Shown: positions 18,787 to 28,304 of the stretch, piece after piece | Numbering within the stretch: position 1 is the first letter of the stretch | Layout of the letters: each line of letters starts with the position of its first letter | Assembly (NCBI GenBank): GCA_040755755.1 | Contig: JBFLZW010000031.1 | Coordinates: forward strand, 64,561 to 128,560 | Direction: 5' to 3' | Length of the DNA: 64,000 nucleotides | Source: a bacterium | GTDB lineage: Bacteria > SZUA-182 > DTGQ01 | Notes under the pieces: model-generated | Databases searched by the model: none | What the model saw: only the letters and a program-made list of their open reading frames with translations | Told to the model about the DNA's origin: nothing | Position numbers and translations under genes: made by a program

Positions 18787-19968
18787 GTGTTTCATATCGC
18801 CACTGAGGATGAGATCAAGGCCGGGGCGGTCACGGATGTTTATTTCCAGCGCACTGAAGAAATCCTGCGGCATGAAGGGATCAATCACCAGGTTGTAGCC
18901 GAGGTGACCATGAAGGATGCTTCCCCAGGATGGAATTGGGGGATTCTGGCCGGCACGGAAGAAGTCACCCGCCTGCTGGAGGGGCTGCCGGTCAATGTCT
19001 GGGCCATGTCCGAAGGGACCCTGTTTGGCCTGGAGCAGCCGGTTCTGGTCATCGAAGGGAAATACCTTGATTTTCTAAAGTATGAAACCTCCCTGCTCGG
19101 CCTCCTCTGCCAGGCTTCCGGAATCGCCACCAAATCCTCCCGCTGCCGCAAGGCAGCCGGAAACCGGATATTAGCCAGTTTCGGAGCACGCAGAATGCAC
19201 CCCGCCATTGCTCCCATGATCGAGCGCAGCGCCTTTATCGGCGGATGTGATGGCGTGGCGGTAATCAAGAGCGCCGAGCTCATTCATGAGCTGCCGGTCG
19301 GAACCATGCCCCATTCGCTGATTCTGATGCTTGGAGACACCGTCAGCGCCTGTCGTGCCTTTCACGAAACCATTGACCAGCAGATACGGCGGGTAGCCCT
19401 GATCGATACCTTCTGCGATGAAAAAGAGGAGGCCCTTCGGGTAGCCGGGCAGCTTGGTCAGAACCTGTTTGCCGTTCGTCTGGATACCCCTTCCTCCCGC
19501 CGGGGCAACATGCGGCAGATCCTTGAGGAAGTCCGGTGGGAATTGAATCTGCGGGGCTTCCAGCACGTTAAATTATTTGTCAGCGGAGGGATCGATGAGC
19601 GCAGGATCCTTGAGCTCAACCCGGTGGCTGACGCCTATGGCGTGGGGACCGCCATCAGCAACGCCCCGGTTTCGGATTTCGCCCTCGATATTGTAGAAGT
19701 CGCAGGCAAGCCGATAGCCAAACGAGGGAAAAAATCTGGCCGGAAAACGGTGCTGCGATGCCCTGACTGCTTTCAGACTCAAGTCCTGGCCGCAACCGCT
19801 GAAGGCCTCGGCATTGCTCAACAGGAAGTCATCTGCTCCTGCGGAACCCCTCTTGAACCCCTCCTCACCCCGCTCATCCACCAGGGAAACGTAGTCCGCC
19901 CCCTTCCCTCACCCCAGGAAATCCGCTCCTTCGTCCTCCGGCAACTTGAGCAGGTGACGTTAGTCTAG
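18787..19968 (+). CDS. nicotinate phosphoribosyltransferase (type II PRTase family, archaeal-like short form)
   Basis: 393 aa. The N-terminus IKAGAVTDVYFQRT and the RLDTPSSRRG and VSGGI motifs fit the NAPRTase/QPRTase fold. The C-terminal tail is Cys-rich (CPDC...CSCG). The stop TAG (19966-19968) abuts an IS relic. Confidence 0.8.
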   Translation: MFHIATEDEIKAGAVTDVYFQRTEEILRHEGINHQVVAEVTMKDASPGWNWGILAGTEEVTRLLEGLPVNVWAMSEGTLFGLEQPVLVIEGKYLDFLKYETSLLGLLCQASGIATKSSRCRKAAGNRILASFGARRMHPAIAPMIERSAFIGGCDGVAVIKSAELIHELPVGTMPHSLILMLGDTVSACRAFHETIDQQIRRVALIDTFCDEKEEALRVAGQLGQNLFAVRLDTPSSRRGNMRQILEEVRWELNLRGFQHVKLFVSGGIDERRILELNPVADAYGVGTAISNAPVSDFALDIVEVAGKPIAKRGKKSGRKTVLRCPDCFQTQVLAATAEGLGIAQQEVICSCGTPLEPLLTPLIHQGNVVRPLPSPQEIRSFVLRQLEQVTLV

Positions 19969-20582
19969 GTAGTGTATGCAAAGCCTGTAATTTATGTTAA
20001 GTCTTTGATATAATGAAAGTATGGAGAAGAACAACAGAGGAGAATTAACCGATGGACAATGGGAGAGGCTGAAGGCATTGCTTCCCCCACAAAAACCAAA
20101 GACAGGGAGACCTGTGGCGTAAGGCTGGTGTCTGGGACAAGATATTTTCTGTCCTCCAGGCACAGGGTGAGGCTCAAGGTGCTATAGAGTGGGAGGTGAA
20201 CTTTGTTGATAGCACCATCATCAGAGCCTACCAGCATGCGGCTGGGGCAAAAGGGGAGACCAATCCACAGAGGCTCTTGACTACAGCCAGGGGGGATTCA
20301 GCACCAAGGTACACCTCAGATGTGGTTATGAGTTTACCCCAGGAGGTATAAGGAATCTCCAGAGGTCGGAGTAAAGATTTTCCCACAAGCTGGTTCAGCA
20401 AGGAGAGAGGTCTATACTTTATCCCCTGCTGCTAAGGCCACCTCCCTTTCAGGGACTCACTTGTGTTCGCCGCCTTGACAGCGCTTTCGTTTCGCGTAAA
20501 GGGCTGCTCAAGTGGTGCAGAGAATTTTCTTTATCGGTGGCTATGGAAACCCGTTTACCACTGAGGCTTTGCATACACTGCC
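19968..20582. mobile_element. internally deleted, non-autonomous IS5-family (IS427/IS1031-like) relic with intact terminal inverted repeats
   Basis: Terminal IRs are GGTAGTGTATGCAAAGCC (19968-19985) and GGCTTTGCATACACTGCC (20565-20582), 17 of 18 complementary, flanked by TA on both sides. Inside, MEKNNRGELTDGQWERLKALLPPQKPKTGRPVA* runs from 20021. The out-of-frame stretch WRKAGVWDKIFSVLQAQGEAQGAIEWEVNFVDSTIIRAYQHAAGAKG shows transposase fragments with an internal deletion. The element is 615 bp in total. Confidence 0.7.
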
Positions 20583-20681
20583 TAGAAACAGTAGGAATAG
20601 GGAATAAAGAAAAGTTTATATGAAGTCATGTTCAAACATTCAACCATTGACTTACAAAAATTAGAAAAAGGAGGATTAAAA

Positions 20682-20897
20682 ATGGTTGATAGCATTGATG
20701 TCCATGATTTACCGGAAGAGGAAGTTAAATTTATTCAGGAATTCACAGAGTTTATAAGACAGAAAGTAAGGAGCAATAAAGTGCAAAAAGGAGAAGAAGG
20801 GATAGAAGAAGAGATAACAGAAGAAAAAGCCCTTACCGCCCATTCTTCAAATGTAATTGGTAAACTTACGAGAAGAGAAATCTATGACTACCTCTAA
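20682..20897 (+). CDS. putative antitoxin of the downstream PIN toxin
   Basis: The ATG at 20682 lies 6 nt after AAAGGAGGA, which I prefer over the listed 20628. The product is 71 aa, acidic, with C-terminus GKLTRREIYDYL. Its stop overlaps the PIN gene start by 14 nt. The family was not recognised. Confidence 0.45.
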   Translation: MVDSIDVHDLPEEEVKFIQEFTEFIRQKVRSNKVQKGEEGIEEEITEEKALTAHSSNVIGKLTRREIYDYL

Positions 20898-21327
20898 TCT
20901 TGCACTCTTGGATAGTAACATTCTCATTTATAGACATCAGGCTCTTTCGGAGTTTCACACCAGGACAAGAGCACTGTTAAGGAAAGGATTTAAAGGTGAT
21001 TTGCTTCTTGGTATCTGTCCTCAGGTTCTCAATGAATTTTATGCGGTAATTACCAATCCCAGACGGGTGACCGATCCTATATCGCCAGCAGAGGCGGTTA
21101 GAGAAATTGAGACATACATTAAAGCTAAAAATATCATAAAAGTATATCCTAAAGAGGATATCTTTGATGTAACTATCCATCTCTTGAAAACCTATAAGAT
21201 CAACGATAGAGATATTTTTGACCTGCAATTAGTGGCTACGATGATCTCTAATGATATTACCTGCCTTTATCCATATAACCAAAATGATTTTTCCAGATTT
21301 AAAGAGATAGAAGTATTAACACCGTAG
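20884..21327 (+). CDS. vapC: PIN-domain ribonuclease toxin (VapC-like)
   Basis: MTTSNLALLDSNILIY carries the first acidic residue, QVLNEFYAV the conserved E, and DRDIFDLQLVATM the third acidic residue. The start at 20884 is preferred over 20857. Confidence 0.8.
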   Translation: MTTSNLALLDSNILIYRHQALSEFHTRTRALLRKGFKGDLLLGICPQVLNEFYAVITNPRRVTDPISPAEAVREIETYIKAKNIIKVYPKEDIFDVTIHLLKTYKINDRDIFDLQLVATMISNDITCLYPYNQNDFSRFKEIEVLTP

Positions 21328-21496
21328 ATTATAGACTTTCTCCCCGTTGGTTGCCTTAACCGTCCACAAGGAAAGCGGTATCGTGCTGCCGCAGTCCAAA
21401 GCGGCTGCCGCTGCTTTTTGCCTTGTTCGTTTGCAAAAAGATGAGGAACCTGTGCCTGGCAAGGAGGATTGAACCCTTACCTTACCCCATCCCCCT

Positions 21497-23281
21497 CTAA
21501 CAGCTCCACTGCCCGCGGTTTCTGATGGCCTGGAAGCGGTGCCAGATCTCAATGAGGAACCAGTTTTTCAGGATCCATCCGATATTCATCCGCAGCAGGC
21601 GGGTGGGCCATTCGAGCTCTTTTTTCTCACAGATGGTGTTTTCACTCAGCTTGCGGACCCTGGCTTTGAGCTTCTGCATTTGCCGGTCCCGCTCGGCATC
21701 GTCGGATATCAGCATGATGTCGTCGATCTCCTTCATGGCCTTGATGGCCAGTTGCATCCGCTTCTCCGTCCGCTCGGCCTTTTTCGGATTTATCAGGCCA
21801 TAGCGGGCCTTCAGGCGGTTGAGGATCATTCCGGCCTCATAGGAGCTGTCGACGATCTCGCTTCTGGTCATCCACCTGGTTTCGTAGCTCAAGACATATT
21901 TCCAACTGGGGCTTTCCATTGCCCGGCGATGCTCTTCCACCGTGCGGCAGAGGATTTTGTAGCCGAATTTTTCGGGATCCTCGTAGGCCTCGCTCCCCGG
22001 ATCGATAAAGGGGGCATAGGGAGAGATAAAGGGGATCAGCCGTCTGGTATGGCCAAATCGTTCCAGCAACAGGCGGCAGTAGTCAACGGTGTTCAGAACC
22101 GACTGATAGGTCTGCTTTGAAAGGCCGATCATGAAAAAAAGGTCGATGCGCCGGCAGCCAAGGCGCAGCGAGGTATCGATCATCCGCTCCAGTTCCTCGT
22201 TGCCGTAGGGGCGGCCAAAGGTCCTTCGGACCTCTTCATCGTGGGATTCAGGGGACATTTCGATATTGAAGTTTGGCACTGCATCGGCTATCATTTCGAG
22301 GATATCGTCGGCGGGCGGGACAAAGAACTCCACGGCTACGGGATTGCGGATTTTCTGTTTCTTCAGCTCCTTCAGCAGCCGCAGGGCATACTGACGGCCC
22401 GGCTGCATCATGTCGCCGATGATGATGATCGGGGCATTCAGGTTGTTGTCGATGGTCTTCATGTCCCTGGCCAGCAATTCAGGATCCCGGTAGGCGGGCT
22501 TGGGGCGGTTGCAGTTTTTCCGGAAGGCGTAAGCCGCTCCTCCGCAGGTCCGGCAGGTGTGGGTGCAGCCCCGGACATTGAAAACCGCCGTAGCAGGATA
22601 GTTCAGCCAGTTCTGGTAGGGAGTATATCCGTGGAGGTCACGGTATCGCATGACCTTTTTCATGATATGGGAATAATCGATTTTAATGTCGTCAAGATCG
22701 GCCGGTACATTGGTCAGGGGATTGACCTGCACCTTTCCCTGACTGTCCCGCCAGGTGAGGTTGGGAATATGGTCAACCTTGGGGGCAGTGTGGCCATCGG
22801 CTTCCTTGAGCGCCGAGATGAGCTGGCGCAGCGGCTCCTCGGTCGAGTCTCCCCGCATGACGTAGTCGATCTGGGGATAGCAGCGGATCAGTTCTTCATG
22901 GAAGTAGGTGGAAGAAAGCCCTCCGAAGATAACCGGTGTTGCGGGATGGTATTTTTTTACAATCTCAGCCAGAGCAAGACTCCCCTGGACATGGGGCATC
23001 CAGTGCAGGTCGATACCGAAGATGCGGGGATGGAGGTTTTTAATCTCCTCTTCCACATTGTATCGTTTGCTTCGCAGCATCTTCAGGGCGATGTTGATGA
23101 TCCGGACATGGAATCCGAACCGGCTGAGGTATTCGGAAATGCTGGTAAAGCCGATCGGATACATCTCAAAAACCGGTGTCGAAGGAACCAGATCGCTGAT
23201 GGGTCCAAAGAGAATGGCTTTTTCTCGAAAATCATAAACGGTTGGCGGATGAAGCAATATCAAATCTGCTTCCTGTCTCAT
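21497..23281 (-). CDS. B12-binding-domain radical SAM protein (class B rSAM)
   Basis: 594 aa. The N-terminal half is Rossmann-like (DLILLHPP, IFGIDLHWMPH, PVIFGG). The radical SAM motif CTHTCRTC sits at residues 239-246 (nt 22544-22567). The ATG overlaps the selB stop as ATGA. Confidence 0.85.
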   Translation of the reverse strand: MRQEADLILLHPPTVYDFREKAILFGPISDLVPSTPVFEMYPIGFTSISEYLSRFGFHVRIINIALKMLRSKRYNVEEEIKNLHPRIFGIDLHWMPHVQGSLALAEIVKKYHPATPVIFGGLSSTYFHEELIRCYPQIDYVMRGDSTEEPLRQLISALKEADGHTAPKVDHIPNLTWRDSQGKVQVNPLTNVPADLDDIKIDYSHIMKKVMRYRDLHGYTPYQNWLNYPATAVFNVRGCTHTCRTCGGAAYAFRKNCNRPKPAYRDPELLARDMKTIDNNLNAPIIIIGDMMQPGRQYALRLLKELKKQKIRNPVAVEFFVPPADDILEMIADAVPNFNIEMSPESHDEEVRRTFGRPYGNEELERMIDTSLRLGCRRIDLFFMIGLSKQTYQSVLNTVDYCRLLLERFGHTRRLIPFISPYAPFIDPGSEAYEDPEKFGYKILCRTVEEHRRAMESPSWKYVLSYETRWMTRSEIVDSSYEAGMILNRLKARYGLINPKKAERTEKRMQLAIKAMKEIDDIMLISDDAERDRQMQKLKARVRKLSENTICEKKELEWPTRLLRMNIGWILKNWFLIEIWHRFQAIRNRGQWSC

Positions 23282-25209
23282 GGTGCTTCCCTTCTTTTTT
23301 TCAAAATTCTTTTATCCCCCAGTCTCATAGTCAAATTCGAAGTGTCGAAATATTCGAGCAGAGCAATAGCGTACTTTCTGGAAAATCCGAATAAATCCTT
23401 AAACTCGGCTACCGAGATATCAGTTTTGTGCTGAAGATAGCTCTGCAGCTTCTGCTGGATCTGCGACAGGGCCTGCTGATGAAATAACAGTCCTTCTTTC
23501 AGCTTGATCAATGTGCCTTCGTCGATCAGGTGCTGGATCAGTCTGGCAACATCGATGCCGGACGCATGGCAGGTCTGTGCCACTTCATCGAGGCCCGGAG
23601 GCTGATAGCCTGCCTGGCGGCACATGTCCAGGATTTTGGCTTTCTGTTTTTCCTCCTCCGGGGTCAATCTGATCTGGTGAGTAGACAGGCTCAGGGTTTT
23701 CTCCTGGACAATGATTTTCCCCTGCTCCAGCAGCGAGGAAATGATCCGGGCATACAGCCGGGAATCAAGGTCCGGATGCAGGCGGACTTTCAGCTCCTCC
23801 CTGGACATTCCCGATTTCAGGGCAAACCGCTGGTGAAAGCTGGTCAAGGTGTCAATTGCCGCACTCACCAGGCCGTGGAAGACCTCCTGATGAATGACCC
23901 ATTGGTCGAGCGGATCGATGACAACAATCCGCTGCTTTGCCTGCAAATGTCCAAGATGACCGGCTATTCTGTCCTGATCGAGATTGAGGCGGGTTGTCAG
24001 ACGGGCATTGTTGATTCCCTGGATTCCCGCCTGACGGACGATGAATTCAAGGCGCGTCAGATCATCTCCCTCTTCCAGAATACGGAGCCCAGAAAGGACC
24101 GCCGCATCAGACCGCCGGTGCCGGGATGGAAGGTTGTCGATGATGTTTCCGCCTCCGATGGTGATGACCGGAGAATAGGAGCGCACCACAAAGCGGTCTT
24201 TGGCCATCAGGGCCAGGGGGGATTCGAGCTGGAATTGAACCAGGGCCTCCTGACCGGGTGCAAGCTCCTCCTCCTTGTCGAGCAGGACCGCTCTGGCCAG
24301 CACCTCCGATGTTCCGGCATGAAACCGCAGGCGGGCCCGGTTCTTCAGCGGATGAGGAGCGGACGGGAGAAGGGAAATTCGCCCGTCGAGAAGATAGGAG
24401 GCCTGCAAATGGGAAGGCAGTGATACCACATCCCCGCGGGTCAGGTCTGCCTTTTCCACGCCATGCAGGTTAATGGCCACCCGCTGTCCGGCCAGGGCCT
24501 CTTCCACCGACTGGTTATAGACCTGAATTCCCCGGATCTTGGCCTGTTTCCCGCCGGGGAATATTTCAACGGTCAGGCCCTTTTTCAAAGTCCCCGATAA
24601 GAGCGTACCGGTAACTACCGTCCCGAATCCTTTCATGGTGAATATCCGGTCAACCGGCAGCCGGCAGATACCTCCCGGATTCCGGGGCGAAACGCTTTTG
24701 GCCAGTTCTTCAAGGCCCTTGAGCAGAGCCGGGATCCCCTGGCCGGTCGTGGCCGAGACCGGAAAGATGGGGGCGTTTTCCAGGAAGGATTCCCGGACAA
24801 AACTCCTGACATCATCAAGGACCAGCTCCAGCCACTCCGGATCAACCATGTCTGTCTTGGTGACCACCACGATCCCCTTCTGGACCTGGAGCAGACGGCA
24901 GATATCGAAGTGCTCGCTGGTCTGGGGCATGACCCCTTCATCAGCGGCGATAATCAGCATCACCGCATCGATGCCGGTCACTCCGGCCACCATATGCCGC
25001 ACAAACCGCTCATGACCCGGCACATCGACAATGCCAAGGCGCTCTCCATCCGGCAGGTCCAGATGGGCAAATCCCAGCTCGATCGTGATTCCCCGCTCTT
25101 TTTCCTCCTTCAGCCTGTCCGTGTCAATGCCGGTCAAGGCCCGAACCAGGGTCGTTTTCCCATGATCAATGTGCCCGGCGGTCCCCAGGATAATCCACTT
25201 AGAGTCCAT
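23278..25209 (-). CDS. selB: selenocysteine-specific translation elongation factor
   Basis: The G-domain has [21 protein letters not shown] and TKTD. The C-terminal winged-helix region is long. The start at M13 (25209, GGAG 7 nt upstream) is preferred over the listed GTG at 25245. Confidence 0.92.
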   Translation of the reverse strand: MDSKWIILGTAGHIDHGKTTLVRALTGIDTDRLKEEKERGITIELGFAHLDLPDGERLGIVDVPGHERFVRHMVAGVTGIDAVMLIIAADEGVMPQTSEHFDICRLLQVQKGIVVVTKTDMVDPEWLELVLDDVRSFVRESFLENAPIFPVSATTGQGIPALLKGLEELAKSVSPRNPGGICRLPVDRIFTMKGFGTVVTGTLLSGTLKKGLTVEIFPGGKQAKIRGIQVYNQSVEEALAGQRVAINLHGVEKADLTRGDVVSLPSHLQASYLLDGRISLLPSAPHPLKNRARLRFHAGTSEVLARAVLLDKEEELAPGQEALVQFQLESPLALMAKDRFVVRSYSPVITIGGGNIIDNLPSRHRRSDAAVLSGLRILEEGDDLTRLEFIVRQAGIQGINNARLTTRLNLDQDRIAGHLGHLQAKQRIVVIDPLDQWVIHQEVFHGLVSAAIDTLTSFHQRFALKSGMSREELKVRLHPDLDSRLYARIISSLLEQGKIIVQEKTLSLSTHQIRLTPEEEKQKAKILDMCRQAGYQPPGLDEVAQTCHASGIDVARLIQHLIDEGTLIKLKEGLLFHQQALSQIQQKLQSYLQHKTDISVAEFKDLFGFSRKYAIALLEYFDTSNLTMRLGDKRILKKRREAP

Positions 25210-25244
25210 CCCAAAGCTCCATTCCAAATAAAGAAAAGACACCA

Positions 25245-25276
25245 CACAGACACAGAGACACAGAGAAAAGCACAGG
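25245..25276. repeat. CACAGAGA short tandem repeat inside a hairpin loop (selA-selB spacer)
   Basis: CACAGA CACAGAGA CACAGAGA AAAG CACAGG, flanked by AAAGACACC (25232-25240) and GGTGTCTTT (25285-25293), which can pair. Confidence 0.5.
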
Positions 25277-25307
25277 ATGTCGCGGTGTCTTTATCTTTTT
25301 CAAGGTA

Positions 25308-26750
25308 TCACCTCGCATCGCTTCCCCACTGTTCGAGAATTTGTCTGCCTGCCTGGATAATCTCCGGCACATCCTCATCCTGAATGGTCCGCAGGCTCAA
25401 AAGAAACCGTCCATGATTGATGCGCCCCAGAACAGGAGGCTGATTCAGGCGAAACCGCTCCTCGAGCTGGTTGATTTCTTTTCCGGATGAGGAGATGGCC
25501 ACCGAAAGGGAAGGAATGTTGTGCAGGGGAAAGGAGCCGCCGCCCACCTGGGCATCGTCATCGACCATCTCGATACTGACAGTATCATCATCATGCCGGT
25601 CTGAGGCCAGACCTTCCAGTATCCGTCTCCCCCGCTCCTCAAGCTGCTGACGGGAGGCGGTGATCATGCGCAGGGTGGGAATTTTCTGCAGAACGTCCGG
25701 TTCCCGGTACAGCTTGAGCGTACTCTCAAGAGCGGCCAGGGTCATTTTGTCAGGCCGCACAGCCCTGGTCAGAGGATTTTTCCGCAGAAGTCCGGCATAT
25801 TTTCCCCTGCACAGGATAATCCCTGCCTGCGGCCCGCCCAGGAGCTTATCGCCGCTGAAGGTTACAATCTCTGCCCCCTGCTGAATGATCCGGGAAACAA
25901 GGGGCTCATCCAGCCCGTAAGGGGAAAGGTCGGCCAGCATGCCGCTTCCAAGGTCGCAGATGACGATCAGCCCCCGTTCCTTACCCAGGTGAACCAGTTC
26001 CGGAAGGCTTGTTTCTTCCGTGAAGCCCACAATCCGGAAATTACTGGGGTGTACTTTCAGAATGGCTGCACTGTCTGATGTAATCGCCTGCCGGTAATCC
26101 TCGATGCGGGTTTTATTGGTGGTGCCGACCTCCACCAGCCTGGCCCCTCCCTTTTTCATAACCTCCGGAACCCGGAAAGATCCGCCGATTTCTACCAGCT
26201 CTCCCCGGGAAACGATTACTTCCCGGGATTCGGCCAGGGTATTGAGAACCAGCAGAACCGCAGCCGCATTGTTATTTACCACCAGAGCATCTTCTGCGCC
26301 GGTCAGATGACAGAGCAGCCGGGTGATGGAATCCCCGCGCTTTCCCCTCTTTCCGGTCAGGAGGTCATACTCGAGGTTCGTGAAGCAACTGGCCGCCGTG
26401 GTAACCCTTTCCACCGCCTCACCGGCTAAAACAGCCCGTCCGAGATTGGTATGCAGAATAATCCCCGTAGCATTGATCACTCTTCCCAATTCAGCATACT
26501 GGGTTCTCTGAAAGTACAGGTCCACTTCTTCCAGGACAGAGCTTGCCGAAACCCGGAATTCTTCAAGCTCCTGCGGGCTGGTACAGGATAAAATCCACCC
26601 TCTTTTCCCATCAAGAACCTGCCTGATCCCCTCAACCAGAATCCACCTGGGATACCAGGAAAATCTTTCCCCCCTGGCTGCGGCATGGTGAAGGATTGAT
26701 TCCACCGAAGGTATCGATCTGAGGCAGGCAGTTTGCAATTCACTCAGCAT
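25308..26750 (-). CDS. selA: L-seryl-tRNA(Sec) selenium transferase
   Basis: 480 aa. The N-terminus LRSIPSVESIL is followed by VINATGIILHTNLGRA and a PLP-fold region with SGDKLLGGPQAG (Lys for PLP). Confidence 0.92.
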   Translation of the reverse strand: MLSELQTACLRSIPSVESILHHAAARGERFSWYPRWILVEGIRQVLDGKRGWILSCTSPQELEEFRVSASSVLEEVDLYFQRTQYAELGRVINATGIILHTNLGRAVLAGEAVERVTTAASCFTNLEYDLLTGKRGKRGDSITRLLCHLTGAEDALVVNNNAAAVLLVLNTLAESREVIVSRGELVEIGGSFRVPEVMKKGGARLVEVGTTNKTRIEDYRQAITSDSAAILKVHPSNFRIVGFTEETSLPELVHLGKERGLIVICDLGSGMLADLSPYGLDEPLVSRIIQQGAEIVTFSGDKLLGGPQAGIILCRGKYAGLLRKNPLTRAVRPDKMTLAALESTLKLYREPDVLQKIPTLRMITASRQQLEERGRRILEGLASDRHDDDTVSIEMVDDDAQVGGGSFPLHNIPSLSVAISSSGKEINQLEERFRLNQPPVLGRINHGRFLLSLRTIQDEDVPEIIQAGRQILEQWGSDAR

Positions 26751-26854
26751 ACAAGCCTGTAACAGTCAGATAATTAATTCATAAGGTGCCGGTAAATGTC
26801 AGTAATTACTTTTGGGACTATTCGTCTTATCTATAAAGGTATCACAGCCCGGCC

Positions 26855-26873
26855 AAAATCTCAAGGCTTGATT
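26855..26873. repeat. third, partial copy of the AAAAT-NN-CAAGGCTTGATT motif
   Basis: AAAATCTCAAGGCTTGATT matches AAAATACCAAGGCTTGATT (within 50892-50925) at 17 of 19 positions. My rough estimate is that such a match is unlikely by chance in 64 kb. Confidence 0.4.
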
Positions 26874-26895
26874 TGGAAGTCCCTGGAAAGTCTCA

Positions 26896-27963
26896 TCAGG
26901 CATCCGAGCGGCTTTCGCGCTCCGGCGGCATCAAAATATGATGCTTTTTCATGAAATATCCCAGGTTCCTTCGGTCAATTCCCAGCAGCTTGGCTGTTCT
27001 GCTTTTAACCCAATTGGCCCGGTCAAGGGCATTGAGGATTATGATTCTCTCGTACATCAATAACTGGTTTCGTAAATTAAGATCCTTGGCCAGCAGCTTC
27101 CTGTCCATCGGGATGCTTTCAGTCGGAGAGACCGCAGGCTGGTGATTCTCCCTGATATGGGCAGGAAGAATATCCGGATATATTTTATCCCTGCTTTCGA
27201 TAATCATGGCATTCTCGATAACATTTTTCAATTCCCGGATATTGCCCGGCCAGTCATACTTTACGAGCAGTTCCATAGCCTCGCTGGAAACTCCCTTCAC
27301 TTTAGTCTCCATTTCATTGCTGTTATGCTGAATGAAATGCTCCAGCAGGGAAGGGATATCCTCACGCCGATCTCTCAGGGGAGGAAGAAAAATAGTAATG
27401 ACGCTCAGCCGGTAATAGAGGTCTTCGCGGAAGGTTCCCTTTTGAGCGGCATCCTTGAGAATGACATTGGTCGTGGCGATAACCCGGACATCCACCTTAA
27501 TGGTTTTACTGCTTCCCACCGGCACGATCTCGTCTTCCTGGAGCACACGCAACAGCTTGGCCTGTCCGGCCAGCGGCATATTTCCAATTTCATCGAGCAG
27601 TATGGTCCCTTTATTGGCCAGCTCAAACCGGCCCTTTCGATCCGACAGGGCACCGGTATAGGATCCCTTCACATGACCGAACAGTTCACTTTCCAGCAAT
27701 GTCTCGCTTAAAGCCGCGCAGTTCACCTTGATAAAGGGCCGCCCATTCCGTAAACTGTGCTTATAAATCGCATTAGCCACCACTTCCTTGCCTGTTCCGC
27801 TCTCGCCCTGAACCAGTACTGTTGACTTTGTCTTGGCAATGATTCCAATCAGGCGGCAAATCTCTTTGATCTTCTCGCTCTTACCGATGATATCTGCTTG
27901 AACGTAATCCTGACCCATAATCAATACATCCCCCCGATCAATGTGAACAGGTTCCAGTTTCAT
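26896..27963 (-). CDS. sigma-54-dependent activator lacking an N-terminal sensory/receiver domain (PspF-like architecture)
   Basis: 355 aa. Only about 24 aa precede the AAA+ core. It has Walker A GESGTGKE, an L1 loop GSYTGA (a variant of GAFTGA) and Walker B LLDEI. The C-terminal Fis-type HTH is TAKLLGIDRRNLGYFMKK. Confidence 0.88.
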   Translation of the reverse strand: MKLEPVHIDRGDVLIMGQDYVQADIIGKSEKIKEICRLIGIIAKTKSTVLVQGESGTGKEVVANAIYKHSLRNGRPFIKVNCAALSETLLESELFGHVKGSYTGALSDRKGRFELANKGTILLDEIGNMPLAGQAKLLRVLQEDEIVPVGSSKTIKVDVRVIATTNVILKDAAQKGTFREDLYYRLSVITIFLPPLRDRREDIPSLLEHFIQHNSNEMETKVKGVSSEAMELLVKYDWPGNIRELKNVIENAMIIESRDKIYPDILPAHIRENHQPAVSPTESIPMDRKLLAKDLNLRNQLLMYERIIILNALDRANWVKSRTAKLLGIDRRNLGYFMKKHHILMPPERESRSDA

Positions 27964-28131
27964 AAGGGATCTTTCTCGCGCACCTCCATAAGGTGAGCAA
28001 ATCCTATGCCAGCTTAAATTTTATCCCCCCCGCTCATTTTTATGCCCATAGGTGACTATAATTCTTCAGACAATCTATCCGACCTCATGAGGCTGCACGG
28101 CGCTCCAGACAACGGGAGAGAGCCGCCTGGC

Positions 28132-28165
28132 ATGAAATAGATTTCATATATGAAAATATTTTCAT
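28132..28165. promoter_or_regulatory. two tandem ATGAAA..TTTCAT palindromes (candidate operator/UAS) in the EBP / NusG-like divergent spacer
   Basis: ATGAAAT-AG-ATTTCAT at 28132-28147 has 7-bp arms. ATGAAAATATTTTCAT at 28150-28165 is a perfect 16-bp palindrome. The centres are 18 bp apart. Confidence 0.35.
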
Positions 28166-28304
28166 ACTAGTTCAGAAATAGTATATTTCCATTCATAGTG
28201 GCATTTTTACGAACTCACGGCTATCTTATCTGTTGATTTTCTGATCTCGATACGATAAACTAGAGTATTCTGATAGTATACTTTTTTCCCTTAACGCGAG
28301 GAGC

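Noticed and set aside
20857-20883. Longer N-terminus for the PIN toxin. Similar extended starts are listed at 40649, 45251, 49474, 50742, 51821, 52591, 37937, 4141, 25245 and 39023.
   Set aside because: The internal starts have better SD spacing, match family N-termini, and remove gene or operator overlaps. The upstream extensions are listed only because the ORF track uses the first possible start.
21360-21430. GAAAGCGGTATCGTGCTGCCGCAGTCCAAAGCGGCTGCCGC stretch downstream of the PIN gene as a functional element
   Set aside because: It looks like another member of the generic intergenic REP-type sequences that yield spurious ORFs. It is single-copy in this window and I could not define a clear structure.
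21497-23281. Possibility that the selB-coupled radical SAM gene is itself a selenoprotein gene
   Set aside because: The ORF is uninterrupted for 594 codons with no in-frame TGA, and I saw no split ORF elsewhere in the window that suggests Sec recoding.
26751-26895. Search for selC (tRNA-Sec) or a sigma-54 promoter next to selA
   Set aside because: There is no tRNA-like GGTTCGA T-arm or long-acceptor structure. The CGGCAC at about 26790 (minus strand) has no GC at the -12 spacing. Nothing is supportable.
28128-28215. TGGCAT motifs (28128 and 28199) as sigma-54 promoters for the NusG-like gene
   Set aside because: The -24 GG is present, but the position 12 nt downstream lacks GC (AT and AA respectively). 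They fail the -12 element.
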